Shown here: positions 38,410 to 48,589 of the stretch, piece after piece
How the letters are laid out: each line of letters opens with the position of its first letter
Position numbering within the stretch: the stretch's first letter is position 1
NCBI GenBank assembly: GCA_963813405.1
Contig: CAWEYU010000005.1
Coordinates: 28,122-92,121, forward strand
Origin: an uncultured Bacteroidales bacterium
Lineage (GTDB): Bacteria > Bacteroidota > Bacteroidia > Bacteroidales > VadinHA17
DNA: 64,000 nucleotides
Reading direction: 5' to 3'
Made by a program: the position numbers and the translations under genes
The notes under the pieces: model-generated
What the model was told of the DNA's origin: nothing
Seen by the model: the letters and a program-made list of their open reading frames with translations, nothing else
Databases searched by the model: none

Positions 38410-38624
38410 CTGCAGGTTAGGTTTAGAATATCATTTTATATTGTCCTGGATTTCGCTCGGGACGAGCCGCGAATTTATATCTTTTTTCCGAATTAGACTG
38501 ATAGAATGATGCTAAATTTATGTTATCTTTAAAGCGCTGAAATACAGATTAATAACATAACAGCGTGATTCGACCATATGCTATTAATGATATCACTGAG
38601 ATTTGATTGTGAATCATTAATTAT

Positions 38625-38632
38625 TATATTTG
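38625..38632 (+). promoter_or_regulatory. Bacteroidota -7 promoter motif (TAnnTTTG) for the etf operon
   Basis: TATATTTG lies 78 nt upstream of the etfB ATG. The palindrome TGATT-gtg-AATCA (38604-38616) lies just upstream. Confidence 0.3.
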
Positions 38633-38709
38633 CCGCCTCAAACATAGAATTTGCAGGGAACTCTTTGGTGGTTTGGAAAACAATAATTACAAATAAAACC
38701 TAATAGTCG

Positions 38710-39459
38710 ATGAAAATTTTGGTATGTATCAGTAATGTTCCGGACACAACTACGAAAATTAAATTTGTTGATGCCAATACTAAGCTCGACACAACTGGTA
38801 TTCAATGGGTTATAAATCCATGGGATGAATTGTCCCTTACCCGGGCCCTTGAGCTGAAAGATGATACTTCCACCGGAGTAAAATCTGTTACTGTGGCAAA
38901 TGTCGGACCTGCAAATGCAGAACCAACGATCCGCAAAGCTCTGGCAATAGGAGCCGATGATGCAATCAGGATAAATGCTGAACCTGGTGATTCCTATTTT
39001 GTTGCTTCCCAGCTTGCTGAGGTTATAAGAAAAGAACAGTTTGACATTATTATGTGCGGTATTGAATCGAGCGATTTTAATGGTTCAGTAACAGGTGGTA
39101 TGGTGGCTGAATTCCTTGGCATACCATCTGTCTCAGCTGTTTCCGGACTGAAAATTGAAAATGGGCAAGCTGTTCTTACCCGCGAAATAGACGGAGGTCG
39201 TGAGGTTGTTTCTGTACCAACTCCATTTGTTGCAGTCGTTCAGAAAGGCATCGCAAAAGAGCCAAGAATAGCTGCGATGCGCGGTATTATGATGGCAAGA
39301 ACAAAACCTGTAAAGCTTTATGAACCTGTGGTAACAGAAAGCCTGACAAAAATAATTGTCTTTGAAAAACCAGGCCCACGGGCTGCATGTAAATATGTTG
39401 ATGCTGAAAATCCAAAGCAGCTTATAGAACTTCTTCAGAACGAAGCAAAAATCATCTGA
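38710..39459 (+). CDS. etfB: electron transfer flavoprotein, beta subunit
   Basis: 249 aa. MKILVCISNVPDTTTKI... and NPWDELSLTRALELK are typical of EtfB. Confidence 0.9.
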   Translation: MKILVCISNVPDTTTKIKFVDANTKLDTTGIQWVINPWDELSLTRALELKDDTSTGVKSVTVANVGPANAEPTIRKALAIGADDAIRINAEPGDSYFVASQLAEVIRKEQFDIIMCGIESSDFNGSVTGGMVAEFLGIPSVSAVSGLKIENGQAVLTREIDGGREVVSVPTPFVAVVQKGIAKEPRIAAMRGIMMARTKPVKLYEPVVTESLTKIIVFEKPGPRAACKYVDAENPKQLIELLQNEAKII

Positions 39460-39483
39460 TAATTAATTACAAATAGTTATAAT

Positions 39484-40452
39484 ATGTCAGTTTTAGTATA
39501 TACCCAGAATTGGGAAGGCAAGTTTAAGAAATCATCGTTCGAACTGGTTTCATATGCATCGAAAGTTGCAGAGATGATAAATACATCTGCAATAGCTCTT
39601 TCAATCGGAACAATTGAGGAAAGTGAACTAAAGAAACTGGGGAATTATGGCGTGAAGAGAGTTCTGAATGTCAAAAGCGAAATTTGTAAAATACTCGATA
39701 ACCAGGTTTACACAGATGTTATTTCTCAGGTGGCATTAAAGGAAAATGCAAGCGTTATTATTATATCGAACAATAATGAAGGGAAAGCTATTGCCCCCAG
39801 ATTATCTGTGCGCTTGAAAGCCGGAATAGGATCCGGAGTAAGCAAGCTTCCGGTTAACCTGAATCCTTTCACTGTTTACAAAAGAACTTATTCAGGTAAT
39901 GCTTATGCACATGTGGTTATTAATTCAGACATAAAAATCCTTACGCTGGCACAAAACTCTTTCGATCTTTTCGAAAAAGAGAATACCGCTGTGATAGAAT
40001 ACCCTGGTGTTTCTGTTGATGGATCATTACTTAAGACAGAAGTGAAGGATGTGATGAAAGAGACAGGCAAAATTCTTCTCACCGATGCTGATATTGTTGT
40101 TTCCGGTGGAAGGGGAATGAAATCACCAGATAACTGGGGACCGCTTGTGGAACTGGCCGGATTACTCGGTGCTGCAACTGCCTGTTCACGTCCTGTATCA
40201 GACGAAGGATGGAGGCCTCATGAAGAGCACACAGGACAAACCGGAAAGATAATTGCTCCGAATCTATATATTGCAATTGGTATTTCCGGAGCCACACAGC
40301 ATCTTGCCGGGATAAGTTCTTCAAAGTATATTGTAGCAATCAATATTGACAAGGATGCACCGATTTTTGAAGCTGCACAATATGGTATTATTGGCGACGC
40401 CCTTAAAGTTTTACCCAGGCTGGTCGAGGCCGTAAAAGAACTTAAAAAATAA
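39484..40452 (+). CDS. etfA: electron transfer flavoprotein, alpha subunit
   Basis: 322 aa. C-terminal FAD-binding segment VVSGGRG...[25 protein letters not shown]. Confidence 0.9.
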   Translation: MSVLVYTQNWEGKFKKSSFELVSYASKVAEMINTSAIALSIGTIEESELKKLGNYGVKRVLNVKSEICKILDNQVYTDVISQVALKENASVIIISNNNEGKAIAPRLSVRLKAGIGSGVSKLPVNLNPFTVYKRTYSGNAYAHVVINSDIKILTLAQNSFDLFEKENTAVIEYPGVSVDGSLLKTEVKDVMKETGKILLTDADIVVSGGRGMKSPDNWGPLVELAGLLGAATACSRPVSDEGWRPHEEHTGQTGKIIAPNLYIAIGISGATQHLAGISSSKYIVAINIDKDAPIFEAAQYGIIGDALKVLPRLVEAVKELKK

Positions 40453-40482
40453 GATCCTATTCTATAGTAAATATACCTGAGA

Positions 40483-41802
40483 ATGACAAAACAGATAATA
40501 TTTGCTCTTACACTCCTGGTGACCATCGGAATGTTTACCTATACTATTTCCAGAATAATCAGTTTTTTCAGGTTTACAAGATCAGGCTTCACCGTAAATG
40601 ACTTTGGGAAAAGATTAAATATAATGCTGAAAGTTGCCTTCGGGCAGACCAAGATCTTTCGGAGACCTGTTATAGGTTTATTTCATGCACTTGTCTTCTG
40701 GGGATTTTGTGTGATCCTTTTTGGCAGCATTGAAATGGTTATCGACGGGCTTGCCGGAACAGACAGGGTATTGACCTTCCTCGGATCATTGTATAATATA
40801 ATTATCGGGTCAGGCGATGTCTTTGCATTTCTGGTAGCTATCTCTATTATAATCTTTCTCTGCAGGCGTCTCTTTTTTCATATCAGACGTTTTGAGGGAA
40901 TTGAAATGAAAAAAATATCTCATATTGATGCAAATATTGCGCTGTCAATAATACTGCTTCTAATGCTCTCATTGCTTGGCATGAATGTTGGATATGTTGA
41001 ATATAAGGCAATTACTGGTGAGGCAATTAAGGGGGTATACCCTGTAAGCAGCTTAATTGCACCATTGTTTGCCAATCAATCAGCGCGGTTCCTTGGCAAT
41101 CAGTATGAAGCTTGCTGGTGGACCCATATAATTCTGATATTTATTTTTGCCAATGTACTTCCCTACTCCAAACATTTCCATGTCTTCATGTCGGTTCCGA
41201 ACGTCTTCCTTTCAAGACTTGAGCCTCTTGGAAAACTTAAAAATATGGACAATATCACAAAGGAGGTTAAACTCATTATGGACCCAAATACAGCTTTCGC
41301 AGCTCCTCCTCAGGATTCCCCCATGGAACGTTTTGGTGTTAGGGATGCTGAAGATGTAACGTGGAAGAACTATTTCGATTCATTATCATGCACTGAGTGT
41401 GGCCGGTGCACATCAGTCTGCCCGGCTAATATCACAGGAAAGAAACTCTCGCCCCGTAAAATCGTGATGGACCTCAGGGCAAGAATGAAAGAAAAGGGTC
41501 CTTTGATGGTCAAAAACGGCCGTGATTTCAATGATAATAAATCCCTTCTCAGGAACTATATTTCAGAAGAAGAGTTATGGGCATGCACAACCTGTAACGC
41601 CTGTGCGGAAGAGTGTCCGATAAACATCAACCAGCCTTCAATAATTGTTGATATGAGAAGGTATCTCGTGATGGAGGAAGCATCTGCACCTGGTGAATTG
41701 AAGGCATTATTTAAGAATATTGAAAACAACGGTGCACCATGGCAGTATTCTGCAGAAGACAGACTTAACTGGACAAAGGATTTAGAAATCAATTTCAAAT
41801 AG
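40483..41802 (+). CDS. membrane-bound Fe-S oxidoreductase, N-terminal part (polytopic membrane domain plus 2x[4Fe-4S])
   Basis: About 6 TM helices, then [12 protein letters not shown] and [12 protein letters not shown]. Its position after etfBA recalls the ETF-linked membrane Fe-S oxidoreductases of syntrophs. Confidence 0.7.
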   Translation: MTKQIIFALTLLVTIGMFTYTISRIISFFRFTRSGFTVNDFGKRLNIMLKVAFGQTKIFRRPVIGLFHALVFWGFCVILFGSIEMVIDGLAGTDRVLTFLGSLYNIIIGSGDVFAFLVAISIIIFLCRRLFFHIRRFEGIEMKKISHIDANIALSIILLLMLSLLGMNVGYVEYKAITGEAIKGVYPVSSLIAPLFANQSARFLGNQYEACWWTHIILIFIFANVLPYSKHFHVFMSVPNVFLSRLEPLGKLKNMDNITKEVKLIMDPNTAFAAPPQDSPMERFGVRDAEDVTWKNYFDSLSCTECGRCTSVCPANITGKKLSPRKIVMDLRARMKEKGPLMVKNGRDFNDNKSLLRNYISEEELWACTTCNACAEECPININQPSIIVDMRRYLVMEEASAPGELKALFKNIENNGAPWQYSAEDRLNWTKDLEINFK

Positions 41803-41803
41803 T

Positions 41804-42598
41804 ATGGAACTCAGGAAAATCGAAGTACCTGTTATGGCGGACCTTTTTGCACGAGGTGAAAAACCGGAATATCTGTTCTGGGTTGGGTGTGCAGGTGCTT
41901 TTGATGACAGGTATAAAAAGGTTGTCAGAGCTTTTACCAAAATTCTTGCTCACCTCAATGTAAGCTATGCCGTACTTGGCAGGGAAGAGACATGTAATGG
42001 TGATCCTGCACGACGGGCCGGTAACGAAATGCTATATCAGATGCAGGCCCTGCAGATAATTGAAGTTTTTAAGATGTATGAGGTAAAAAAGATTATCACC
42101 ATTTGTCCTCATTGTTACAATATATTTAAGAATGAATATCCTGATCTGGGCGGAAACTATGAAGTTATCAATTACCTTCAATTTTTAAACAAATATCTGG
42201 CTGAAGGGAAATTTAAGATAGATAAAGAATCCCTGAAGAATGTTTCTGTTACATACCACGATCCATGCTATCTGGGAAGGGCAAATAGCATTTACAATGA
42301 GCCGCGTTCAATTCTGAGTTTACTTACCGGCAACTTTACAGAAATGCACAGAAGTAAAAGCTTTGCTCTATGCTGTGGTGCGGGAGGAGCTCAGATGTTT
42401 AAAGAGGCTGAGAAGGGTGACAAAGAAGTTTTTATCGAACGAATTGAAGATGCTCTTAAAACAAATGCCGAAGTCATTGCGACTGCATGTCCGTTCTGTA
42501 TGACAATGCTTACAGACGGTCTGAAATACAAAAACAAAGAGGAAGAGATAAAGAACCTTGATATTGCCGAATTAGTGGCACAATCACTTCAATTATAA
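41804..42598 (+). CDS. CCG-domain (heterodisulfide-reductase-like, GlpC/DUF224-type) Fe-S subunit
   Basis: Starts 1 nt after the upstream TAG. It has two Cys-rich CCG-type motifs (FWVGCAGAF...ICPHC and HDPCYLGR...ALCCGAGG...ACPFC). Confidence 0.7.
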   Translation: MELRKIEVPVMADLFARGEKPEYLFWVGCAGAFDDRYKKVVRAFTKILAHLNVSYAVLGREETCNGDPARRAGNEMLYQMQALQIIEVFKMYEVKKIITICPHCYNIFKNEYPDLGGNYEVINYLQFLNKYLAEGKFKIDKESLKNVSVTYHDPCYLGRANSIYNEPRSILSLLTGNFTEMHRSKSFALCCGAGGAQMFKEAEKGDKEVFIERIEDALKTNAEVIATACPFCMTMLTDGLKYKNKEEEIKNLDIAELVAQSLQL

Positions 42599-42626
42599 AA
42601 ATAGTCCAAAAACTAAAATTGCAACA

Positions 42627-44405
42627 ATGGAAAACAGAAAAGTCTTGAAAAGCGGCGAATTTCTTGTAAGTGAAGTCGAATCAAAAGATATTTTTATTCC
42701 GGAGGAATTTAATGAGGAACAGTTAATGATTGCCCAGACATGCAGGGACTTTCTTGAAGCTGAAATATATCCAAACCTGGAAAAGGTTGAAAAAGGCGAC
42801 AGGGATCTGATGAAGGCTCTCCTGAAAAAGTCGGGTGAACTCGGATTAATGGGGATATCAATTCCGGAAGAATATAACGGATTTGGCCAGTCATTTGTAA
42901 CCCAGATGCTGGTAGCTGAAACAACAGGAGCAGGGTATTCATTTTCGGTTGCATATATGGCTCATTGCGGTATTGGTACACTTCCGATTATGTATTACGG
43001 AAATGAAGACCAGAGACAACGATACGTTACCAAACTGGCTACAGGAGAACTCATCGGAGCATACTGCCTTACAGAACCCGGGGCAGGAAGTGATGCCAAT
43101 TCCGGTAAGACCAATGCAAGACTCAGCGAGGATGGTAAACATTATATTCTTAACGGCCAGAAGATGTGGATCACCAATGCAGGGTTTGCTGATACACTGG
43201 TTGTTTTTGCAAAAATTGACAACGACCGGGTATTAAGTGCATTCATTGTTGAAAGCAAATACCCCGGAGTTGTTATTGGCCCGGATGAGCACAAAATGGG
43301 TATCAAGGGATCCTCCACAGCACAGATCTATTTTACTGATGTCAGGGTTCCTGTGGAAAACCTTCTCGGGAAAAGGGGAGAGGGGTTCAGGATAGCTTTA
43401 AGTATACTCCACATGGGCCGTCTCAAACTTGGAGCAAATGTTATCGGAGCTGCAAAGAATACTATTACTGATTCAGTTAAGTATGCCAACGAAAGAAAAC
43501 AGTTCGGAGTGCTTATTTCAACTTTCGGGGCAATAAAATACAAAATGGCTGAGCAGGTAATTCGGCTTTTTGCTTCAGAATCAGCTGTTTACAGGGTAAG
43601 CAAAGATATTGATGATCTTATGGATAAATTAAAACTCGATTGCGGAGATAAAGGTCGGGCATCGATAGAATCCATAAGCCATTACGCAGTGGAAGCAGCT
43701 ATACTGAAAGTTGTCGGTTCGGAGATGCTGGATTATGTTGCTGATGAGGGAGTTCAGATACATGGAGGTATGGGGTATTCAGCTGAAATGACAGTTGAAA
43801 GAGGCTACCGTGACTCAAGGATAAACAGGATTTTTGAAGGTACAAACGAAATAAATCGTCTCCTTGTTGTAGACACTGCCATGAAGCGCGCAATGAAAGG
43901 AGAATTTGACCTTTTCGGGGAAGCTGAAAAAATCTATGCCGGTCTGAATGATATTACTGACGGTAAAATTCCCGGTGAAAGCTACTTCCGGACAAAGACG
44001 AGGTATGTCAAAAACTTTAAGAAGATAATCCTGATCTGTATACATGGCGCCACTAAACGTTTTGAGAAAAACCTGATCAACGAACAGGAAGTACTCAATA
44101 ATATTGCTGAAATGATGATGGAGACATATGTTTCTGAATCACTGGCTCTTAGAGTTGAAAAGATGTCAGTTGCCAAAGAAAATATATCAATTTATAAAGA
44201 TATGCTGGATGTCAATTTGTTTGATACCGCAGCCATAGTACGAAAATCAGCTCTGGAGGCTATAGGTTCATTCTCCGCACCTGAATCATGTTCTGCAGTT
44301 ATAATGGCAGTCGAAAATCTATCAAGGGTGGAATGTATAAATGTGAAAGATGCCAGACGCAGAATTGCAGATAAACTGATAGGAGATAATAAGTACAAAT
44401 TCTGA
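42627..44405 (+). CDS. long-form acyl-CoA dehydrogenase
   Basis: 592 aa. Contains YCLTEPGAGSDA, QKMWITNAG, the catalytic-region segment YRDSRINRIFEGTNEI and a C-terminal extension. Confidence 0.85.
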   Translation: MENRKVLKSGEFLVSEVESKDIFIPEEFNEEQLMIAQTCRDFLEAEIYPNLEKVEKGDRDLMKALLKKSGELGLMGISIPEEYNGFGQSFVTQMLVAETTGAGYSFSVAYMAHCGIGTLPIMYYGNEDQRQRYVTKLATGELIGAYCLTEPGAGSDANSGKTNARLSEDGKHYILNGQKMWITNAGFADTLVVFAKIDNDRVLSAFIVESKYPGVVIGPDEHKMGIKGSSTAQIYFTDVRVPVENLLGKRGEGFRIALSILHMGRLKLGANVIGAAKNTITDSVKYANERKQFGVLISTFGAIKYKMAEQVIRLFASESAVYRVSKDIDDLMDKLKLDCGDKGRASIESISHYAVEAAILKVVGSEMLDYVADEGVQIHGGMGYSAEMTVERGYRDSRINRIFEGTNEINRLLVVDTAMKRAMKGEFDLFGEAEKIYAGLNDITDGKIPGESYFRTKTRYVKNFKKIILICIHGATKRFEKNLINEQEVLNNIAEMMMETYVSESLALRVEKMSVAKENISIYKDMLDVNLFDTAAIVRKSALEAIGSFSAPESCSAVIMAVENLSRVECINVKDARRRIADKLIGDNKYKF

Positions 44406-44601
44406 CCCGCAACGTTTCAGAAAATTGATAAACGGGAAGAAATCTCCTGACTTCATATGCCTGATACCTGAAGCCCGACACCTGATTCCTTATAAATATC
44501 ATTGATGTTGATGACAAAAATCAATTTTGTCTATGATAAACAGCATCATATAGGTGGCAAAATTAGCCCTCAGTAATAAGCTACCAATCAGTAATATCAG
44601 A

Positions 44602-44609
44602 TATATTTG
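44602..44609 (+). promoter_or_regulatory. Bacteroidota -7 promoter motif (TAnnTTTG) for the second cytochrome operon
   Basis: TATATTTG lies 27 nt upstream of ATG 44636. It is a motif match only. Confidence 0.4.
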
Positions 44610-44635
44610 TGAACTAATTAACAATTACTATAAAC

Positions 44636-45010
44636 ATGAACCAAAACCCAATGAAGCTAACGAAGAACCTGGTTGCTGTTATCCTTTTGGTTACAGCTGC
44701 AATATTCACTTCTTGTGAAAAGGTTAAAGAGCTGCCGACTCCATTTGATCCATCAGCAATATGGCATTTTCAGAGTGATATTCAACCGATCTTTAATGCC
44801 AATTGCATCACCTGTCATAATGGATCGAGGTCTCCCGACCTGAGAAGTGGTAAATCATACAGCGCTCTCAGTAAAGGATATTTAATTCCTCCAGCCGAGA
44901 CAAGCAGAATCTATGTGAAAATAACCAGTTCTGACCATCTGGCTAGAACTACAGATATTCAAAAAGCAAAAATTCTCTATTGGATCAAACAGGGAGCCCT
45001 GAATAACTAA
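44636..45010 (+). CDS. small lipoprotein with one CXXCH (planctomycete-cytochrome-C-like domain)
   Basis: Lipobox AAIFTSC. Motif IQPIFNANCITCHNGSRSPDL. Confidence 0.6.
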   Translation: MNQNPMKLTKNLVAVILLVTAAIFTSCEKVKELPTPFDPSAIWHFQSDIQPIFNANCITCHNGSRSPDLRSGKSYSALSKGYLIPPAETSRIYVKITSSDHLARTTDIQKAKILYWIKQGALNN

Positions 45011-45039
45011 CTATAACTAACCTATTAAAACTATACACA

Positions 45040-45927
45040 ATGAAAAAAATATTTATCGTATTGATATTGTCAGCATTTATGACACCTGCCTTCTGCCAGG
45101 AATCTACTCAGGCTCAGGAAGGATCAAAGCCTGTCAGAAATACTTTTGGAACAGGTACATTAATTGAGAACCAGACAGTTGCTACTCCATATAAAGGTGG
45201 AATTGAACTTAATATTCAGCACCGTTTCAGTCGCATTACAACTTATGTGGATCTTTTTGGCATCTATGGTTCAGCTAATACCAGGATTGGACTTAATTAC
45301 GGTATTACAGACAGAATAATGATAGGAGTAGGAACAACAAAAGACTATATGTTACAGGATCTTCAGTGGAAGTATCTTATCCTGCAGCAGACGCAGGATG
45401 GCAAAATGCCGGTATCCCTTTCATATTTTGGAAACTTTGTAATTGACGCAAGAAGTGACAATGCTTTTGGTCCTAAAGTCTCCTATAAATTCATACACAG
45501 ATTTTCATATTTAACCCAATTGATTGTAGCCCGTAAGTTTGGTGAAAAGATTTCCGTTCAGGTAGCTCCTTCAATGGCCTATTTCAATTCTTCTCCAAAG
45601 TATCTGGCAGAAGGTGATACAATTTATCATAATTATAAGAATTTGAATTTTGGTGTTTCAGCCGGACTGAGAGCAAATCTTTTCGGTGCACATTCCCTGA
45701 TTCTTGAGTACGATCAGCTTCTGACCAAACAGGATCTGGGAACCGGTGATCCTCAACCAAAACCAAATCTTTCGCTGGGTTGGGAAATTGGAACCGGCAC
45801 GCATACTTTTCAGGTTTTTGTAACTAATTACAACCAGATAATCAGCCAGAGAAATCTGGTATTTAACACAAATGATTTTACCAAAGGCGATTATATGGTA
45901 GGTTTTAATATTACCGTGAGATTCTAA
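45040..45927 (+). CDS. outer-membrane beta-barrel protein (DUF5777-like)
   Basis: Signal peptide. Contains LIENQTVATPYKGGIELNIQHRFS. Alternating strand pattern. Terminal residues ...GFNITVRF. Confidence 0.5.
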   Translation: MKKIFIVLILSAFMTPAFCQESTQAQEGSKPVRNTFGTGTLIENQTVATPYKGGIELNIQHRFSRITTYVDLFGIYGSANTRIGLNYGITDRIMIGVGTTKDYMLQDLQWKYLILQQTQDGKMPVSLSYFGNFVIDARSDNAFGPKVSYKFIHRFSYLTQLIVARKFGEKISVQVAPSMAYFNSSPKYLAEGDTIYHNYKNLNFGVSAGLRANLFGAHSLILEYDQLLTKQDLGTGDPQPKPNLSLGWEIGTGTHTFQVFVTNYNQIISQRNLVFNTNDFTKGDYMVGFNITVRF

Positions 45928-45946
45928 TCATTACCAGGAATCAGTG

Positions 45947-46948
45947 ATGAAAATTAGCAGATTCCTGATCATCTTTTTTATTCTTCTTATCTGGAATACT
46001 TCTGCATCCTTTGCAGGAGTATTCGGATTTAAAAAAGGTGATCAGAAGAGACAGGACACTACCACATTTGTTTCCCAGTATGCCGGAGATAATGAGCGTT
46101 GCCTTAAATGCCATGGTCAGGGAAAGTATGAATATACCAACGAAACTCTTAAAAAGCAGATCAGGGCGCTGATGTGCTCAGAAAGGATTGTAAAGAGAGA
46201 GGAATTTTATAAATCGAACCATAAAAATTTCAAATGTACCGACTGTCATTCTGAACAGTATTCAACTTTCCCTCATCCGGGAGAACTCAGGATGGAACAA
46301 AAATTCAATTGTATCGATTGTCATGGTGGTGATGAGAAATATGCTCAGTATCATTTTGAGGCCATTGATTCCGAATACATGCAGAGTACACATTTTAAGC
46401 TGCAGGATGATGGATTCTCATGCTGGAAATGTCATAATCCGCATACCTATAGAATAACAGTAAGGAACAGCGACAATGTAAAGGAGACAATTTCATACGA
46501 CAACAGCATATGTCTCAGCTGTCATTCCAACTTTGACCGCTTTATGCTGCTGACTGACAGAAAAGAAATTAGTATACTGAAGACACATGACTGGCTTCCA
46601 AACCAGGCTGTTCATTTTCAGAATGTAAGATGTATTGAGTGCCACACAAAAATAAATAACAATATTCTGGTCTCACATCTCATCAGGCCAAAAGCTGAAG
46701 CGGTGAGACGCTGCAACGAATGTCATTCACAGAATTCCATCCTGATGGCTACCCTGTATAAGTTTCAGTCAAAAGAGAAACGACGCGCAGGATTCTTTAA
46801 CGGAGCCATTCTGAATGAATCATATGTAATAGGGGCTAACAGGAATGAATATCTGAATATATTCAGCCTTATTATTTTTATTGTGATCCTGGGTGTGATC
46901 GGGATTCATATAACTTTCAGGGTAAGAAAGAATAAGAAAACAATTTAA
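45947..46948 (+). CDS. membrane-anchored heptahaem cytochrome c
   Basis: 7 CXXCH motifs (CLKCH, CTDCH, CIDCH, CWKCH, CLSCH, CIECH, CNECH). N-terminal signal or anchor and a C-terminal TM (IFSLIIFIVILGVIGIHITF). The track start GTG 45944 is adjacent to ATG 45947. Confidence 0.85.
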   Translation: MKISRFLIIFFILLIWNTSASFAGVFGFKKGDQKRQDTTTFVSQYAGDNERCLKCHGQGKYEYTNETLKKQIRALMCSERIVKREEFYKSNHKNFKCTDCHSEQYSTFPHPGELRMEQKFNCIDCHGGDEKYAQYHFEAIDSEYMQSTHFKLQDDGFSCWKCHNPHTYRITVRNSDNVKETISYDNSICLSCHSNFDRFMLLTDRKEISILKTHDWLPNQAVHFQNVRCIECHTKINNNILVSHLIRPKAEAVRRCNECHSQNSILMATLYKFQSKEKRRAGFFNGAILNESYVIGANRNEYLNIFSLIIFIVILGVIGIHITFRVRKNKKTI

Positions 46949-46959
46949 AGGAAAGAGAG

Positions 46960-47577
46960 ATGTATTTATACCCTAAATGGATAAGAGCCTGGCATGTAAT
47001 TAATGCCCTTATGTTCATAATACTTATTGTAACAGGTATCAGCATGCAATATACTGATAAAGAAAATTCATCTTATGTAGTAGGTTTTGCCAAAGCCGTA
47101 AAGATGCATAATTTTGCAGCTCTCATCCTCACAGCGGGATACGTGGTATTTATATTAGGGAATGCCTTTACGGGCAATAAAAAATATTACAGGATCAGCA
47201 GGAAGAATTTTTGGGCTGATCTGATGACACAGCTTAAATATTATTCGGTCGGGATGTTCAGGGGGGAAAAACATCCTTTTCCTGTAACAATGGAAAGAAA
47301 GTTCAATCCGCTTCAGAAGTTCACTTATGTACTTGCAATGTATGCAGGTATGCCTTTGCTCATTATTACAGGTATTGTTTTGCTTTTTCCCGAATTGGTT
47401 CTGAACAAGGTATTTGGGATGAGCGGTCTTCTGATAAATGATATTTTGCATATCACAACCGGATATCTACTTTCAATATTCATGGTAGTACATATCTACA
47501 CCTGCACCCTGGGTGCGAAGCCCTCATCACTTTTCTGGGGAATGATATCAGGCTATCATGAATCTGACGATCATTAA
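46960..47577 (+). CDS. dihaem cytochrome b subunit (PhsC / Ni-Fe-hydrogenase b-type family)
   Basis: 205 aa with 4-5 TM helices. Conserved His in the TM helices (RAWHVINAL, VKMHNFAAL, ILHITTGY, VVHIYT). Confidence 0.7.
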   Translation: MYLYPKWIRAWHVINALMFIILIVTGISMQYTDKENSSYVVGFAKAVKMHNFAALILTAGYVVFILGNAFTGNKKYYRISRKNFWADLMTQLKYYSVGMFRGEKHPFPVTMERKFNPLQKFTYVLAMYAGMPLLIITGIVLLFPELVLNKVFGMSGLLINDILHITTGYLLSIFMVVHIYTCTLGAKPSSLFWGMISGYHESDDH

Positions 47578-47594
47578 TAACGCGAAAATCTAAT

Positions 47595-48563
47595 ATGAAG
47601 GAAATGGATGATAGTGATAAAAGTAATTCATCGAGGCGGAACTTTCTGAAAAAGGTCGGGGTCGGAGTAGGTGCAGTAACTCTTGCCGGTGTCGCCGGTA
47701 CTTCAATGTTAAAAGGCGGTGAAGCAAAAGCGAAATCCGGTAAGATGATAAAACTTCTTTCTCCCGACGGCAAGCTTGTCGAAGTCGACCAGAATGATAT
47801 TAAGCCTGCTAAAGAGATTCTTGCAGAGCTAAAGACCGCTGCAAGGGCAGGATTGCCAAACCGGAAATTTTCTATGGTGATCGACCTTGCCAGATGCAAA
47901 AATGCAAGGAAATGTGTTGAAGCATGCCAGGAAGGACACCTTCTTCCTAAGGATCATGAATGGATGAAGCTATATCTTCTTCAGGATGATAAACATACTG
48001 CAAAGTATTGGTTTCCGAGGCCATGCTTTCATTGCGATAAACCCATGTGCGTTAGCGTATGCCCTGTCGGAGCAACCTATAAGAGACCTGACGGAATAGT
48101 ATTAATAGATAATCAACGTTGTATTGGCTGTAAGTTTTGCATGACCGGATGTCCCTTTTCAGCAAGAGTTTTCAACTGGAAAGATCCAGAAGTAAAGGTT
48201 CCTCCCGGACATGTCTATGATCCTGAGACAAATATCCCTGCTGTGGAGGGAACTGTAGGAAAATGCGTCTTTTGTGCTGACAATCTTCGTAAGAACGAGC
48301 TTCCCCGTTGCGTTACTGCCTGTCCAATGGGTGTAATCTTTTTCGGTGACATTCTTGAGGATACTGTAACCAATGGAAATGAAACAGTCAGGTTCAGCAA
48401 ACTTATGCTCGATAGGGCAGGTTACAGATATCGTGAGGAACTCGGAACTTTACCCAGTGTCTATTATCTGCCTCCTAATCAGAGAATGTTTCCGGTAGAT
48501 AGTGGCTTGGAAGGGACGGATGAGAAAATAAAAGGCAGATATAAAAATGTCGGCCCACGCTAA
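47595..48563 (+). CDS. Tat-exported 4x[Fe-S] ferredoxin subunit (NrfC/PsrB/HybA-like)
   Basis: Twin-arginine motif SRRNFLKKVGVGVGAVTLAG. Four Cys clusters (CKNARKCVEAC, CFHCDKPMCVSVCP, CIGCKFCMTGCP, CVFC...CVTACP). Confidence 0.85.
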   Translation: MKEMDDSDKSNSSRRNFLKKVGVGVGAVTLAGVAGTSMLKGGEAKAKSGKMIKLLSPDGKLVEVDQNDIKPAKEILAELKTAARAGLPNRKFSMVIDLARCKNARKCVEACQEGHLLPKDHEWMKLYLLQDDKHTAKYWFPRPCFHCDKPMCVSVCPVGATYKRPDGIVLIDNQRCIGCKFCMTGCPFSARVFNWKDPEVKVPPGHVYDPETNIPAVEGTVGKCVFCADNLRKNELPRCVTACPMGVIFFGDILEDTVTNGNETVRFSKLMLDRAGYRYREELGTLPSVYYLPPNQRMFPVDSGLEGTDEKIKGRYKNVGPR

Positions 48564-48589
48564 TATTTTCAACGTTAATCAGAAATAAA

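Noticed and set aside
38604-38616. Palindrome TGATT-gtg-AATCA just upstream of the candidate etf promoter motif.
   Set aside because: It is short (5+5) and AT-rich, with no second copy in the window and no adjacent regulator gene. It is noted only as a possible operator.
44502-44524. FNR-like half-sites upstream of the second cytochrome operon (TTGAT-gttg-ATGAC and TTGAT-N7-ATCAA).
   Set aside because: One has a poor right half-site (3 of 5). The other has the wrong spacing (7 instead of 4). Neither is comparable with the perfect box at 53661.
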